Shown: positions 41,801 through 53,741 of the stretch, piece after piece
Position numbering within the stretch: position 1 is the first letter of the stretch
How the letters are laid out: each line of letters begins with the position of its first letter
Assembly (NCBI RefSeq): GCF_036321535.1
Contig: NC_087436.1
Span: forward strand, 992,001-1,056,000
Direction: 5' to 3'
From: Camelus dromedarius
Taxonomy: Eukaryota
Length of the DNA stretch: 64,000 bases
Made by a program: the position numbers and the translations under genes
Notes under the pieces: model-generated
What the model was told of the DNA's origin: nothing
The model's database searches: none
Seen by the model: only the letters and a program-made list of their open reading frames with translations

Positions 41801-44800
41801 GTTCCTGCAGTTTTCACTGTAAAACCGAGTTGGAGCTAGTACCTCCCCATATATATGTATGGAATGGAGTTTGCAACTGAAAAGAAACTTTGTGTTCCCA
41901 ACAAGCTAGGTGAAGGACGGCTTTCACACACACTTATCTCTAAGAACTGAGCAAGTGGAGAGACGTTCGTTCATCTAGCACCAAGGGAACGTGTTGCAGG
42001 AGACAATTTTACTCTGCTTTCTCAGTCTGTTTCCTAGTGCCGTTTTGAAGTTCCTGCCGTTTTCACTGTAAAATCGAGTTGGAGCTTCTACCTCCCCATA
42101 TATATTTATGGAATGGAGTTTGCAACTGAAAAGAAAATTTGTGTTCCCAACAAGCTAGTTGAAGGACGGCTTTCACACACACTTATCTCTCAGAACTGAG
42201 CAATTGGAGAGACGTTCGTTCATCTAGCACCAAGGGAACGGGTTGCAAGAGACACTTTTTCTCTGCTTTCTCAGTCTGTTTCCTAGTGCCGGTTTGATGT
42301 TCCTGCAGTTTTCACTGTAAAACCGAGTTGGAGCTTGTACCTCCCCATATATATGTATGGAATGGAGTTTGCAACTGAAAAGAAACTTTGTGTTCCCAAC
42401 AAGCTAGGTGAAGGACGGCTTTCACACGCACTTATCTCTCAGAACTGAGCAAGTGGAGAGACGTTCGTTCATCTAACACCAAGGGAACGGGTTGCAGGAG
42501 ACAATTTTACTCTGCTTTCTCAGTCTGTTTCCTAGTGCCGTTTTGAAGTTCCTGCCGTTTTCACTGTAAAACCGAGTTGGAGCTTCTACCTCCCCATATA
42601 TATGTATGGAATGGAGTTTGCAACTGAAAAGAAACTTTGTGTTCCCAACAAGCTAGGTGAAGGACGGCTTTCACACGCACTTATTTATCAGAACTGAGCA
42701 AGTGGAGAGACGTTCGTTCATTTAGCACCAAGGGAACGGGTTGCAGGAGACACTTTTCTCTGCTTTCTCAGTCTGTTTCCTAGTGCCGGTTTGAAGTTCC
42801 TGCAGTTTTCACTGTCAAACGGAGTTGGAGCTAGTACCTCCCCATATATATGTATGGAATGGAGTTTGCATCTGGAAAGAAACTTTGTTTTCCCAACAAG
42901 CTAGGTGAAGGACGGCTTTCACACACACTTATCTCTCAGAACTGAGCAAGTGGAGAGACGTTCGTTCATCTAGCACCAAGGGAACGGGTTGCAGGAGACA
43001 CATTTTCTCTGCTTTCTCAGTCTGTTTCCTAGTGCCGGTTTGAAGTTCCTGCAGTTTTCACTGTCAAACCGAGTTGGAGCTTGTACCTCCCCATATATAT
43101 GTATGGAATGGAGTTTGCAACTGAAAAGAAACTTTGTGTTCCCAACAAGATAGGTGAAGGACGGCTTTCACACACACTTATCTCTCAGAACAGAGCAAGT
43201 GGAGAGACGTTCGTTCATCTAGCACCAAGGGAACGGGTTGCAGGAGACACTTTTTCTCTGCTTTCTCAGTCTGTTTCCTAGTCCCGGTTTGAAGTTCCTG
43301 CAGTTTTCACTGTTAAACCGAGTTGGAGCTAGTACCTCCCCATATATATGTATGGAATGGAGTTTGCAACTGAAAAGATACTTTGTGTTCCCAACAAGCT
43401 AGGTGAAGGACGGCTTTCACACACACTTATCTCTCAGAACTGAGCAAGTGGAGAGACGTTCGTTCATCTAGCACCAAGGGAACGGGTTGCAGGAGACACT
43501 TTTTCTCTGCTTTCTCAGTCTGTTTCCTAGTGCCGGTTTGAAGTTCCTGCAGTTTTCACTGTCAAACCGATTTGGAGCTAGTACCTCCCCATATATATGT
43601 ATGGAATGGAGTTTGCAACTGAAAAGAAACTTTGTGTTCCCAACAATCTAGGTGAAGGACGGCTTTCACACGCACATATCTCTCAGAACTGAGCAAGTGG
43701 AGAGACGTTCTTTCATGTAGCACCAAGGGAACGGGTTGCAGGAGACACTTTTTCTCTGCTTTCTCAGTCTGTTTCCTAGAGCCGGTTTGAAGTTCCTGCA
43801 GTTTTCACTGTCAAACCGAGTTGGAGCTAGTACCTCCCCATATATATGTATTGAATGGAGTTTGCAACTGAAAAGAAACTTTGTGTTCCCAACAACCTAG
43901 GTGAAGGACGGATTTCACACATTTATCTCTCAGAACTAAGCAAGTGGAGAGACGTTCGTTCATCTAGTACCAAGGGAATGGGTTGCAGGAGACACTTTTT
44001 CTCTGCTTTCTCAGTCTGTTTCCTAGTGCCGGTTTGAAGTTCCTGCAGTTTTCACTGTCAATTCGAGTTGGAGCTAGTACCTCCCCATATATATGTATTG
44101 AATGGAGTTTGCAACTGAAAAGAAACTTTGTGTTCCCAACAACCTAGGTGAAGGACGGATTTCACACATTTATCTCTCAGAACTAAGCAAGTGGAGAGAC
44201 GTTCGTTCATCTAGTACCAAGGGAATGGGTTGCAGGAGACACTTTTTCTCTGCTTTCTCAGTCTGTTTCCTAGTGCCGGTTTGAAGTTCCTGCAGTTTTC
44301 ACTGTGAAACCGCGTTGGAGCTAGTACCTCCCCATATATATGTATGGAATGGAGTTGGAAACTGAAAAGAAACTTTGTGTTCCCAAAAAGCTAGGTGAAG
44401 GACGGCTTTCACACGCACTTATCTCTCAGAACTGAGCAAGTGGAGAGACGTTCGTTCATCTAACATCAAGGGAACGGGTTGCAGGAGACACTTTTTCTCT
44501 GCTTTCTCAGTCTGTTTCCTAGTGCCGTTTTGAAGTTCCTGCAGTTTTCACTGTAAAACCGAGTTGGAGCTTCTACCTCCCCATATATATGTATGGAATG
44601 GAGTTTGCAACTGAAAAGAAACTTTGTGTTCCCAACAAGCTAGGTGAAGGACGGCTTCCACACGCACTTATCTATCAGAACTGAGCAAGTGGAGAGACGT
44701 TCGTTCATTTAGCACCAAGGGAACGGGTTGCAGGAGACACTTTTTCTCTGCTTTCTCAGTCTGTTTCCTAGTGACGGTTTGAAGTTCCTGCAGTTTTCAC

Positions 44801-47800
44801 TGTCAAACGGTGTTGGAGCTAGTACCTCCCCATATATATGTATGGAATGGAGTTTGCATCTGAAAAGAAACTTTGTGTTCCCAACAAGCTAGGTGAAGGA
44901 CGGCTTTCACACACACTTATCTCTCAGAACTGAGCAAGTGGAGAGACGTTCGTTCATCTAGCACCAAGGGAACGGGTTGCAGGAGACACTTTTTCTCTGC
45001 TTTCTCAGTCTGTTTCCTAGTCCCGGTTTGAAGTTCCTGCAGTTTTCACTGTCAAACCGAGTTGGAGCTTGTACCTCCCCATATATATGTATGGAATGGA
45101 GTTTGCAACTGAAAAGAAACTTTGTGTTCCCAACAAGCTAGGTTAAGGACGGCTTTCACACACACTTATCTCTCAGAACTGAGCAAGTGAAGAGACGTTC
45201 GTTCATCTAGCACCAAGGGAACGGGTTGCAGGAGACACTTTTTCTCTGCTTTCTCAGTCTGTTTCCTAGTGACGGTTTGAAATTCCTTCAGTTTTCACTG
45301 TAAAACCGAGTTGGAGCTGGTACCTCCCCATATATATTTATGGAATGGAGTTTGCAACTGAAAAGAAACTTTGTGTTCCCAACAAGCTAGGTGAAGGACG
45401 GCTTTCACACACACTTATCTCTCAGAACTGAGCAAGTGGAGAGACGTTCGTTCATCTAGCACCAAGGGAACAGGTTGCAGGAGACACTTTTTCTCTGCTT
45501 TCTCAGTCTGTTTCCTAGTGCCGGTTTGAAGTTCCTGCAGTTTTCACTGTAAAACCGAGTTGGAGCTAGTACCTCCCCATATATATGTATGGAATGGAGT
45601 TTGCAACTGAAAAGAAACTTTGTGTTCCCAACAAGCTAGGTGAAGGACGGCTTTCACACACACTTATCTCTAAGAACTGAGCAAGTGGAGAGACGTTCGT
45701 TCATCTAGCACCAAGGGAACGGGTTGCAGGAGACACTTTTTCTCTGCTTTCTCTGTATGTTTCCTAGTGCCGGTATGAAGTTCCTGCATTTTTCACTGTA
45801 AAATCGAGTTGGAGCTTCTACTCCCCATATATATTTATGGAATGGAGTTTGCAACTGAAAAGAAACTTTGTGTTCCCAACAAGCAAGTTGAAGGACGGCT
45901 TTCACACACACTTATCTCTCAGAACTGAGCAAGTGGAGAGACGTTCGTTCATCTAGCACCAAGGGAACGGGTTGCAGGAGACACTTTTTCTCTGCTTTCT
46001 CAGTCTGTTTCCTAGTGCCGGTTTGATGTTCCTGCAGTTTTCACTGTAAAACCGAGTTGGAGCTAGTACCTCCCCATATATATGTATGGAATGGAGTTTG
46101 CAACTGAAAAGAAACTTTGTGTTCCCAACAAGCTAGGTGAAGGACGGCTTTCACACACAGTTATCTCTCAGAAATGAGCAAGTGGAGAGACGTTCGTTCA
46201 TCTAGCACCAAGGGAACGGGTTGCAGGAGACACTTTTTCTCTGCTTTCTCAGTCTGTTTCCTAGTGCCGGTTTGAAGTTCCTGCAGTTTTCACTGTCAAA
46301 CAGAGTTGGAGCTAGTACCTCCCCATATATATGTATGGAATGGAGTTTGAAACTGAAAAGAAACTTTGTGTTCCCAAAAAGCTATGTGAAGGACTGCTTT
46401 CACACGCACTTATCTCTCAGAACTGAGCATGTGGAGAGACGTTCGTTCATCTAACACCAAGGGAACGGGTTGCAGGAGACACTTTTTCTCTGCTTTCTCA
46501 CACTGTTTCCTAGTGCCGTTTTGAAGTTCCTGCCGTTTGCACTGTAAAACCGAGTTGGAGCTTCTACCTCCCCATATATATGTATGGAATGGAGTTTGCA
46601 ACTGAAAAGAAACTTTGTGTTCCCAACAAGCTAGGTGAAGGACGGCTTTCACACGCACTTATCTATCAGAACTGAGCAAGTGGAGAGACGTTCGTTCATT
46701 TAGCACCAAGGGAACGGGTTGCAGGAGACACTTTTTCTCTGCTTTCTCAGTCTGTTTCCTAGTGCCGGTTTGAAGTTCCTGCAGTTTTCACTGTCAAACG
46801 GAGTTGGAGCTAGTACCTCCCCATATATATGTATGGAATGGAGTTTGCATCTGAAAAGAAACTTTGTTTTCCCAACAAGCTAGTTGAAGGACGGCTTTCA
46901 CACACACTTATCTCTCAGAACTGAGCAAGTGGAGAGACGTTCGTTCATCTAGCACCAAGGGAACGGGTTGCAGGAGACACTTTTTCTCTGCTTTCTCAGT
47001 CTGTTTCCTAGTGCCGGTTTGAAGTTCCTGCAGTTTTCACTGTCAAACCGAGTTGGAGCTTGTACCTCCCCATATATATGTATGGAACGGAGTTTGCAAC
47101 TGAAAAGAAACTTTGTGTTCCCAACAAGATAGGTGAAGGACGGCTTTCACACACACTTATCTCTCAGAACAGAGCAAGTGGAGAGACGTTCGTTCATCTA
47201 GCACCAAGGGAACGGGTTGCAGGAGACACTTTTTCTCTGCTTTCTCAGTCTGTTTCCTAGTCCCGGTTTGAAGTTCCTGCAGTTTTCACTGTAAAACCGA
47301 GTTGGAGCTGGTACCTCCCCATATATATGTATGGAATGGAGTTTGCATCTGAAAAGAAACTTTGTGTTCCCAACAAGCTAGGTGAAGGACGGCTTTCACA
47401 CACACTTATCTCTCAGAACTGAGCAAGTGGAGAGACGTTCGTTCATCTAGCACCAAGGGAACAGGTTGCAGGAGACACTTTTTCTCTGCTTTCTCAGTCT
47501 GTTTCCTAGTGCCGGTTTGAAGTTCCTGCAGTTTTCACTGTAAAACCGAGTTGGAGCTAGTACCTCCCCATATATATGTATGGAATGGAGTTTGCAACTG
47601 AAAAGAAACTTTGTGTTCCCAACAAGCTAGGTGAAGGACGGCTTTCACACACACTTATCTCTAAGAACTGAGCAAGTGGAGAGACGTTCGTTCATCTAGC
47701 ACCAAGGGAACGGGTTGCAGGAGACACTTTTTCTCTGCTTTCTCTGTATGTTTCCTAGTGCCGGTATGAAGTTCCTGCATTTTTCACTGTAAAATCGAGT

Positions 47801-50800
47801 TGGAGCTTCTACTCCCCATATATATTTATGGAATGGAGTTTGCAACTGAAAAGAAACTTTGTGTTCCCAACAAGCTAGTTGAAGGACGGCTTTCACACAC
47901 ACTTATCTCTCAGAACTGAGCAAGTGGAGAGACGTTCGTTCATCTAGCACCAAGGGAACGGGTTGCAGGAGACACTTTTTCTCTGTTTTCTCAGTCTGTT
48001 TCCTAGTGCCGGTTTGATGTTCCTGCAGTTTTCACTGTAAAACCGAGTTGGAGCTAGTACCTCCCCATATATATGTATGGAATGGAGTTTGCAACTGAAA
48101 AGAAACTTTGTGTTCCCAACAAGCAAGTTGAAGGACGGCTTTCACACACACTTATCTCTCAGAACTGAGCAAGTGGAGAGACGTTCGTTCATCTAGCACC
48201 AAGGGAACGGGTTGCAGGAGACACTTTTTCTCTGCTTTCTCAGTCTGTTTCCTAGTGCCGGTTTGATGTTCCTGCAGTTTTCACTGTAAAACCGAGTTGG
48301 AGCTAGTACCTCCCCATATATATGTATGGAATGGAGTTTGCAACTGAAAAGAAACTTTGTGTTCCCAACAAGCTAGGTGAAGGACGGCTTTCACACACAG
48401 TTATCTCTCAGAAATGAGCAAGTGGAGAGACGTTCGTTCATCTAGCACCATTGGAACGGGTTGCAGGAGACACTTTTTCTCTGCTTTCTCAGTCTGTTTC
48501 CTAGTGCCGGTTTGAAGTTCCTGCAGTTTTAACTGTCAAACAGAGTTGGAGCTAGTACCTCCCCATATATATGTATGGAATGAAGTTTGCAACTGAAAAG
48601 AAACTTTGTGTTCCCAACAAGCTTGGTGAAGAGCGGCTTTCACACACACTTATCTCTCCGAACTGAGCAAGTGGAGAGACGTTCGTTCATCTAGCACCAA
48701 GGGAACGGGTTGCAGGAAACACTTTTTCTCTGCTTTCTCAGTCTGTTTCCTAGTGCCGGTTTGAAGTTCCTGCAGTTATCACTGTAAAACCGAGTTGGAG
48801 CTTCTACCTCCCCATATATATGTATGGAATGGAGTTTGCAACTGAAAAGAAACTTTGTGTTCCCAACAAGCTAGGTGAAGGACGGCTTTCACACACACTT
48901 ATCTCTCAGAACTGAGCAAGTGGAGAGACGTTCGTTCATCTAGCACCAAGGGAACGGGTTGCAGGAGACACTTTTTCTCTGCTTTCTCAGTCTGTTTCCT
49001 AGTGCCGGTTTGAAATTCCTGCAGTTTTCACTGTGAAACCGCGTTGGAGCTAGTACCTCCCCATATATATGTATGGAATGGAGTTTGAAACTGAAAAGAA
49101 ACTTTGTGTTCCCAACAAGCTAGGTGAAGGACGGCTTTCACACGCACTTATCTATCAGAACTGAGCAAGTGGAGAGACGTTCGTTCATTTAGCACCAAGG
49201 GAACGGGTTGCAGGAGACACTTTTTCTCTGCTTTCTCAGTCTGTTTCCTAGTGCCGGTTTGAAGTTCCTGCAGTTTTCACTGTCAAACGGAGTTGGAGCT
49301 AGTACCTCCCCATATATATGTATGGAATGGAGTTTGCATCTGAAAAGAAACTTTGTGTTCCCAACAAGCTAGGTGAAGGACGGCTTTCACACACACTTAT
49401 CTCTCAGAACTGAGCAAGTGGAGAGACGTTCGTTCATCTAGCACCAAGGGAACAGGTTGCAGGAGACACTTTTTCTCTGCTTTCTCAGTCTGTTTCCTAG
49501 TGCCGGTTTGAAGTTCCTGCAGTTTTCACTGTAAAACCGAGTTGGAGCTAGTACCTCCCCATATATATGTATGGAATGGAGTTTGCAACTGAAAAGAAAC
49601 TTTGTGTTCCCAACAAGCTAGGTGAAGGACGGCTTTCACACACACTTATCTCTAAGAACTGAGCAAGTGGAGAGACGTTCGTTCATCTAGCACCAAGGGA
49701 ACGGGTTGCAGGAGACACTTTTTCTCTGCTTTCTCTGTATGTTTCCTAGTGCCGGTATGAAGTTCCTGCATTTTTCACTGTAAAATCGAGTTGGAGCTTC
49801 TACTCCCCATATATATTTAAGGAATGGTGTTTGCAACTGAAAAGAAATTTTGTGTTCCCAACAAGCAAGTTGAAGGACGGCTTTCACACACACTTATCTC
49901 TCAGAACTGAGCAAGTGGAGAGACGTTCGTTCATCTAGCACCAAGGGAACGGGTTGCAGGAGACACTTTTTCTCTGCTTTCTTAGTCTGTTTCCTAGTGC
50001 CGGTTTGATGTTCCTGCAGTTTTCACTGTAAAACCGAGTTGGAGCTAGTACCTCCCCATATATATGTATGGAATGGAGTTTGCAACTGAAAAGAAACTTT
50101 GTGTTCCCAAAAAGCTAGGTGAAGGACGGATTTCACACACAGTTATCTCTCAGAACTGAGCAAGTGGAGAGACGTTCGTTCATCTAGCACCAAGGGAACG
50201 GGTTGCAGGAGACACTTTTTCTCTGCTTTCTCAGTCTGTTTCCTAGTGCCGGTTTGAAGTTCCTGCAGTTTTCACTGTCAAACAGAGTTGGAGCTAGTAC
50301 CTCCCCATATATATGTATGGAATGAAGTTTGCAACTGAAAAGAAACTTTGTGTTCCCAACAAGCTTGGTGAAGAGCGGCTTTCACACACACTTATCTCTC
50401 CGAACTGAGCAAGTGGAGAGACGTTCGTTCATCTAGCACCAAGGGAACGGGTTGCAGGAGACACTTTTTCTCTGCTTTCTCAGTCTGTTTCCTAGTGCCG
50501 GTTTGAAGTTCCTGCAGTTATCACTGTAAAACCGAGTTGGAGCTGCTACCTCCCCATATATATGTATGGAATGGAGTTTGCAACTGAAAAGAAACTTTGT
50601 GTTCCCAACAAGCTAGGTGAAGGACGGCTTTCACACACACTTATCTCTCAGAACTGAGCAAGTGGAGAGACGTTCGTTCATCTAGCACCAAGGGAACGGG
50701 TTGCAGGAGACACATTTTCTCTGCTTTCTCAGTCTGTTTCCTAGTGCCGGTTTGAAGTTCCTGCAGTTTTCACTGTGAAACCGCGTTGGAGCTAGTACCT

Positions 50801-53741
50801 CCCCATATATATGTATGGAATGGAGTTTGAAACTGAAAAGAAACTTTGTGTTCCCAAAAAGCTAGGTGAAGGACTGCTTTCACACGCACTTATCTCTCAG
50901 AACTGAGCATGTGGAGAGACGTTCGTTCATCTAACACCAAGGGAACGGGTTGCAGGAGACACTTTTTCTCTGCTTTCTCACACTGTTTCCTAGTGCCGTT
51001 TTGAAGTTCCTGCCGTTTGCACTGTAAAACCGAGTTGGAGCTTCTACCTCCCCATATATATGTATGGAATGGAGTTTGCAACTGAAAAGAAACTTTGTGT
51101 TCCCAACAAGCTAGGTGAAGGACGGCTTTCACACGCACTTATCTATCAGAACTGAGCAAGTGGAGAGACGTTCGTTCATTTAGCACCAAGGGAACGGGTT
51201 GCAGGAGACACTTTTTCTCTGCTTTCTCAGTCTGTTTCCTAGTGCCGGTTTGAAGTTCCTGCAGTTTTCACTGTCAAACGGAGTTGGAGCTAGTACCTCC
51301 CCATATATATGTATGGAATGGAGTTTGCATCTGAAAAGAAACTTTGTTTTCCCAACAAGCTAGTTGAAGGACGGCTTTCACACACACTTATCTCTCAGAA
51401 CTGAGCAAGTGGAGAGACGTTCGTTCATCTAGCACCAAGGGAACGGGTTGCAGGAGACACTTTTTCTCTGCTTTCTCAGTCTGTTTCCTAGTGCCGGTTT
51501 GAAGTTCCTGCAGTTTTCACTGTCAAACCGAGTTGGAGCTTGTACCTCCCCATATATATGTATGGAACGGAGTTTGCAACTGAAAAGAAACTTTGTGTTC
51601 CCAACAAGATAGGTGAAGGACGGCTTTCACACACACTTATCTCTCCGAACTGAGCAAGTGGAGAGACGTTCGTTCATCTAGCACCAAGGGAACGGGTTGC
51701 AGGAGACACTTTTTCTCTGCTTTCTCAGTCTGTTTCCTAGTCCCGGTTTGAAGTTCCTGCAGTTTTCACTGTAAAACCGAGTTGGAGCTGGTACCTCCCC
51801 ATATATATGTATGGAATGGAGTTTGCATCTGAAAAGAAACTTTGTGTTCCCAACAAGCTAGGTGAAGGACGGCTTTCACACACACTTATCTCTCAGAACT
51901 GAGCAAGTGGAGAGACGTTCGTTCATCTAGCACCAAGGGAACAGGTTGCAGGAGACACTTTTTCTCTGCTTTCTCAGTCTGTTTCCTAGTGCCGGTTTGA
52001 AGTTCCTGCAGTTTTCACTGTAAAACCGAGTTGGAGCTAGTACCTCCCCATATATATGTATGGAATGGAGTTTGCAACTGAAAAGAAACTTTGTGTTCCC
52101 AACAAGCTAGGTGAAGGGCGGCTTTCACACACACTTATCTCTAAGAACTGAGCAAGTGGAGAGACGTTCGTTCATCTAGCACCAAGGGAACGGGTTGCAG
52201 GAGACACTTTTTCTCTGCTTTCTCTGTATGTTTCCTAGTGCCGGTATGAAGTTCCTGCATTTTTCACTGTAAAATCGAGTTGGAGCTTCTACTCCCCATA
52301 TATATTTATGGAATGGAGTTTGCAACTGAAAAGAAACTTTGTGTTCCCAACAAGCTAGTTGAAGGACGGCTTTCACACACACTTATCTCTCAGAACTGAG
52401 CAAGTGGAGAGACGTTCGTTCATCTAGCACCAAGGGAACGGGTTGCAGGAGACACATTTTCTCTGCTTTCTCAGTCTGTTTCCTAGTGCCGGTTTGATGT
52501 TCCTGCAGTTTTCACTGTAAAACCGAGTTGGAGCTAGTACCTCCCCATATATATGTATGGAATGGAGTTTGCAACTGAAAAGAAACTTTGTGTTCCCAAC
52601 AAGCAAGTTGAAGGACGGCTTTCACACACACTTATCTCTCAGAACTGAGCAAGTGGAGAGACGTTCGTTCATCTAGCACCAAGGGAACGGGTTGCAGGAG
52701 ACACTTTTTCTCTGCTTTCTCAGTCTGTTTCCTAGTGCCGGTTTGATGTTCCTGCAGTTTTCACTGTAAAACCGAGTTGGAGCTAGTACCTCCCCATATA
52801 TATGTATGGAATGGAGTTTGCAACTGAAAAGAAACTTTGTGTTCCCAACAAGCTAGGTGAAGGACGGCTTTCACACACAGTTATCTCTCAGAAATGAGCA
52901 AGTGGAGAGACGTTCGTTCATCTAGCACCATTGGAACGGGTTGCAGGAGACACTTTTTCTCTGCTTTCTCAGTCTGTTTCCTAGTGCCGGTTTGAAGTTC
53001 CTGCAGTTTTCACTGTCAAACAGAGTTGGAGCTAGTACCTCCCCATATATATGTATGGAATGAAGTTTGCAACTGAAAAGAAACTTTGTGTTCCCAACAA
53101 GCTTGGTGAAGAGCGGCTTTCACACACACTTATCTCTCCGAACTGAGCAAGTGGAGAGACGTTCGTTCATCTAGCACCAAGGGAACGGGTTGCAGGAAAC
53201 ACTTTTTATCTGCTTTCTCAGTCTGTTTCCTAGTGCCGGTTTGAAGTTCCTGCAGTTTTCACTGTAAAACCGAGTTGGAGCTTCTACCTCCCCATATATA
53301 TGTATGGAATGGAGTTTGCAACTGAAAAGAAACTTTGTGTTCCCAACAAGCTAGGTGAAGGACGGCTTTCACACACACTTATCTCTCAGAACTGAGCAAG
53401 TGGAGAGACGTTCGTTCATCTAGCACCAAGGGAACGGGTTGCAGGAGACACTTTTTCTCTGCTTTCTCAGTCTGTTTCCTAGTGCCGGTTTGAAATTCCT
53501 GCAGTTTTCACTGTGAAACCGCGTTGGAGCTAGTACCTCCCCATATATATGTATGGAATGGAGTTTGAAACTGAAAAGAAACTTTGTGTTCCCAACAAGC
53601 TAGGTGAAGGACGGCTTTCACACGCACTTATCTATCAGAACTGTGCAAGTGGAGAGACGTTCGTTCATTTAGCACCAAGGGAACGGGTTGCAGGAGACAC
53701 TTTTTCTCTGCTTTCTCAGTCTGTTTCCTAGTGCCGGTTTG
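26865..53741. repeat. Main variable-HOR region of the O-X 10-mer family with nested block duplications
   Basis: T/U signature at 27788, 29032, 31521, 35006, 37495, 40233, 45705, 47696, 49687 and 52176. The 2489-bp spacing (10x249-1) recurs three times. Confidence 0.85.
30598..37567. repeat. Recent tandem duplication of a 14-monomer block (3485 bp x2)
   Basis: Offset of 3485 for 30885/34370, 31521/35006, 31769/35254 and 33374/36859. Private SNVs shared by both copies: gaacagttt, cctacattt, ttcacagtc, cagaagtgag, ggattggag. Confidence 0.9.
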
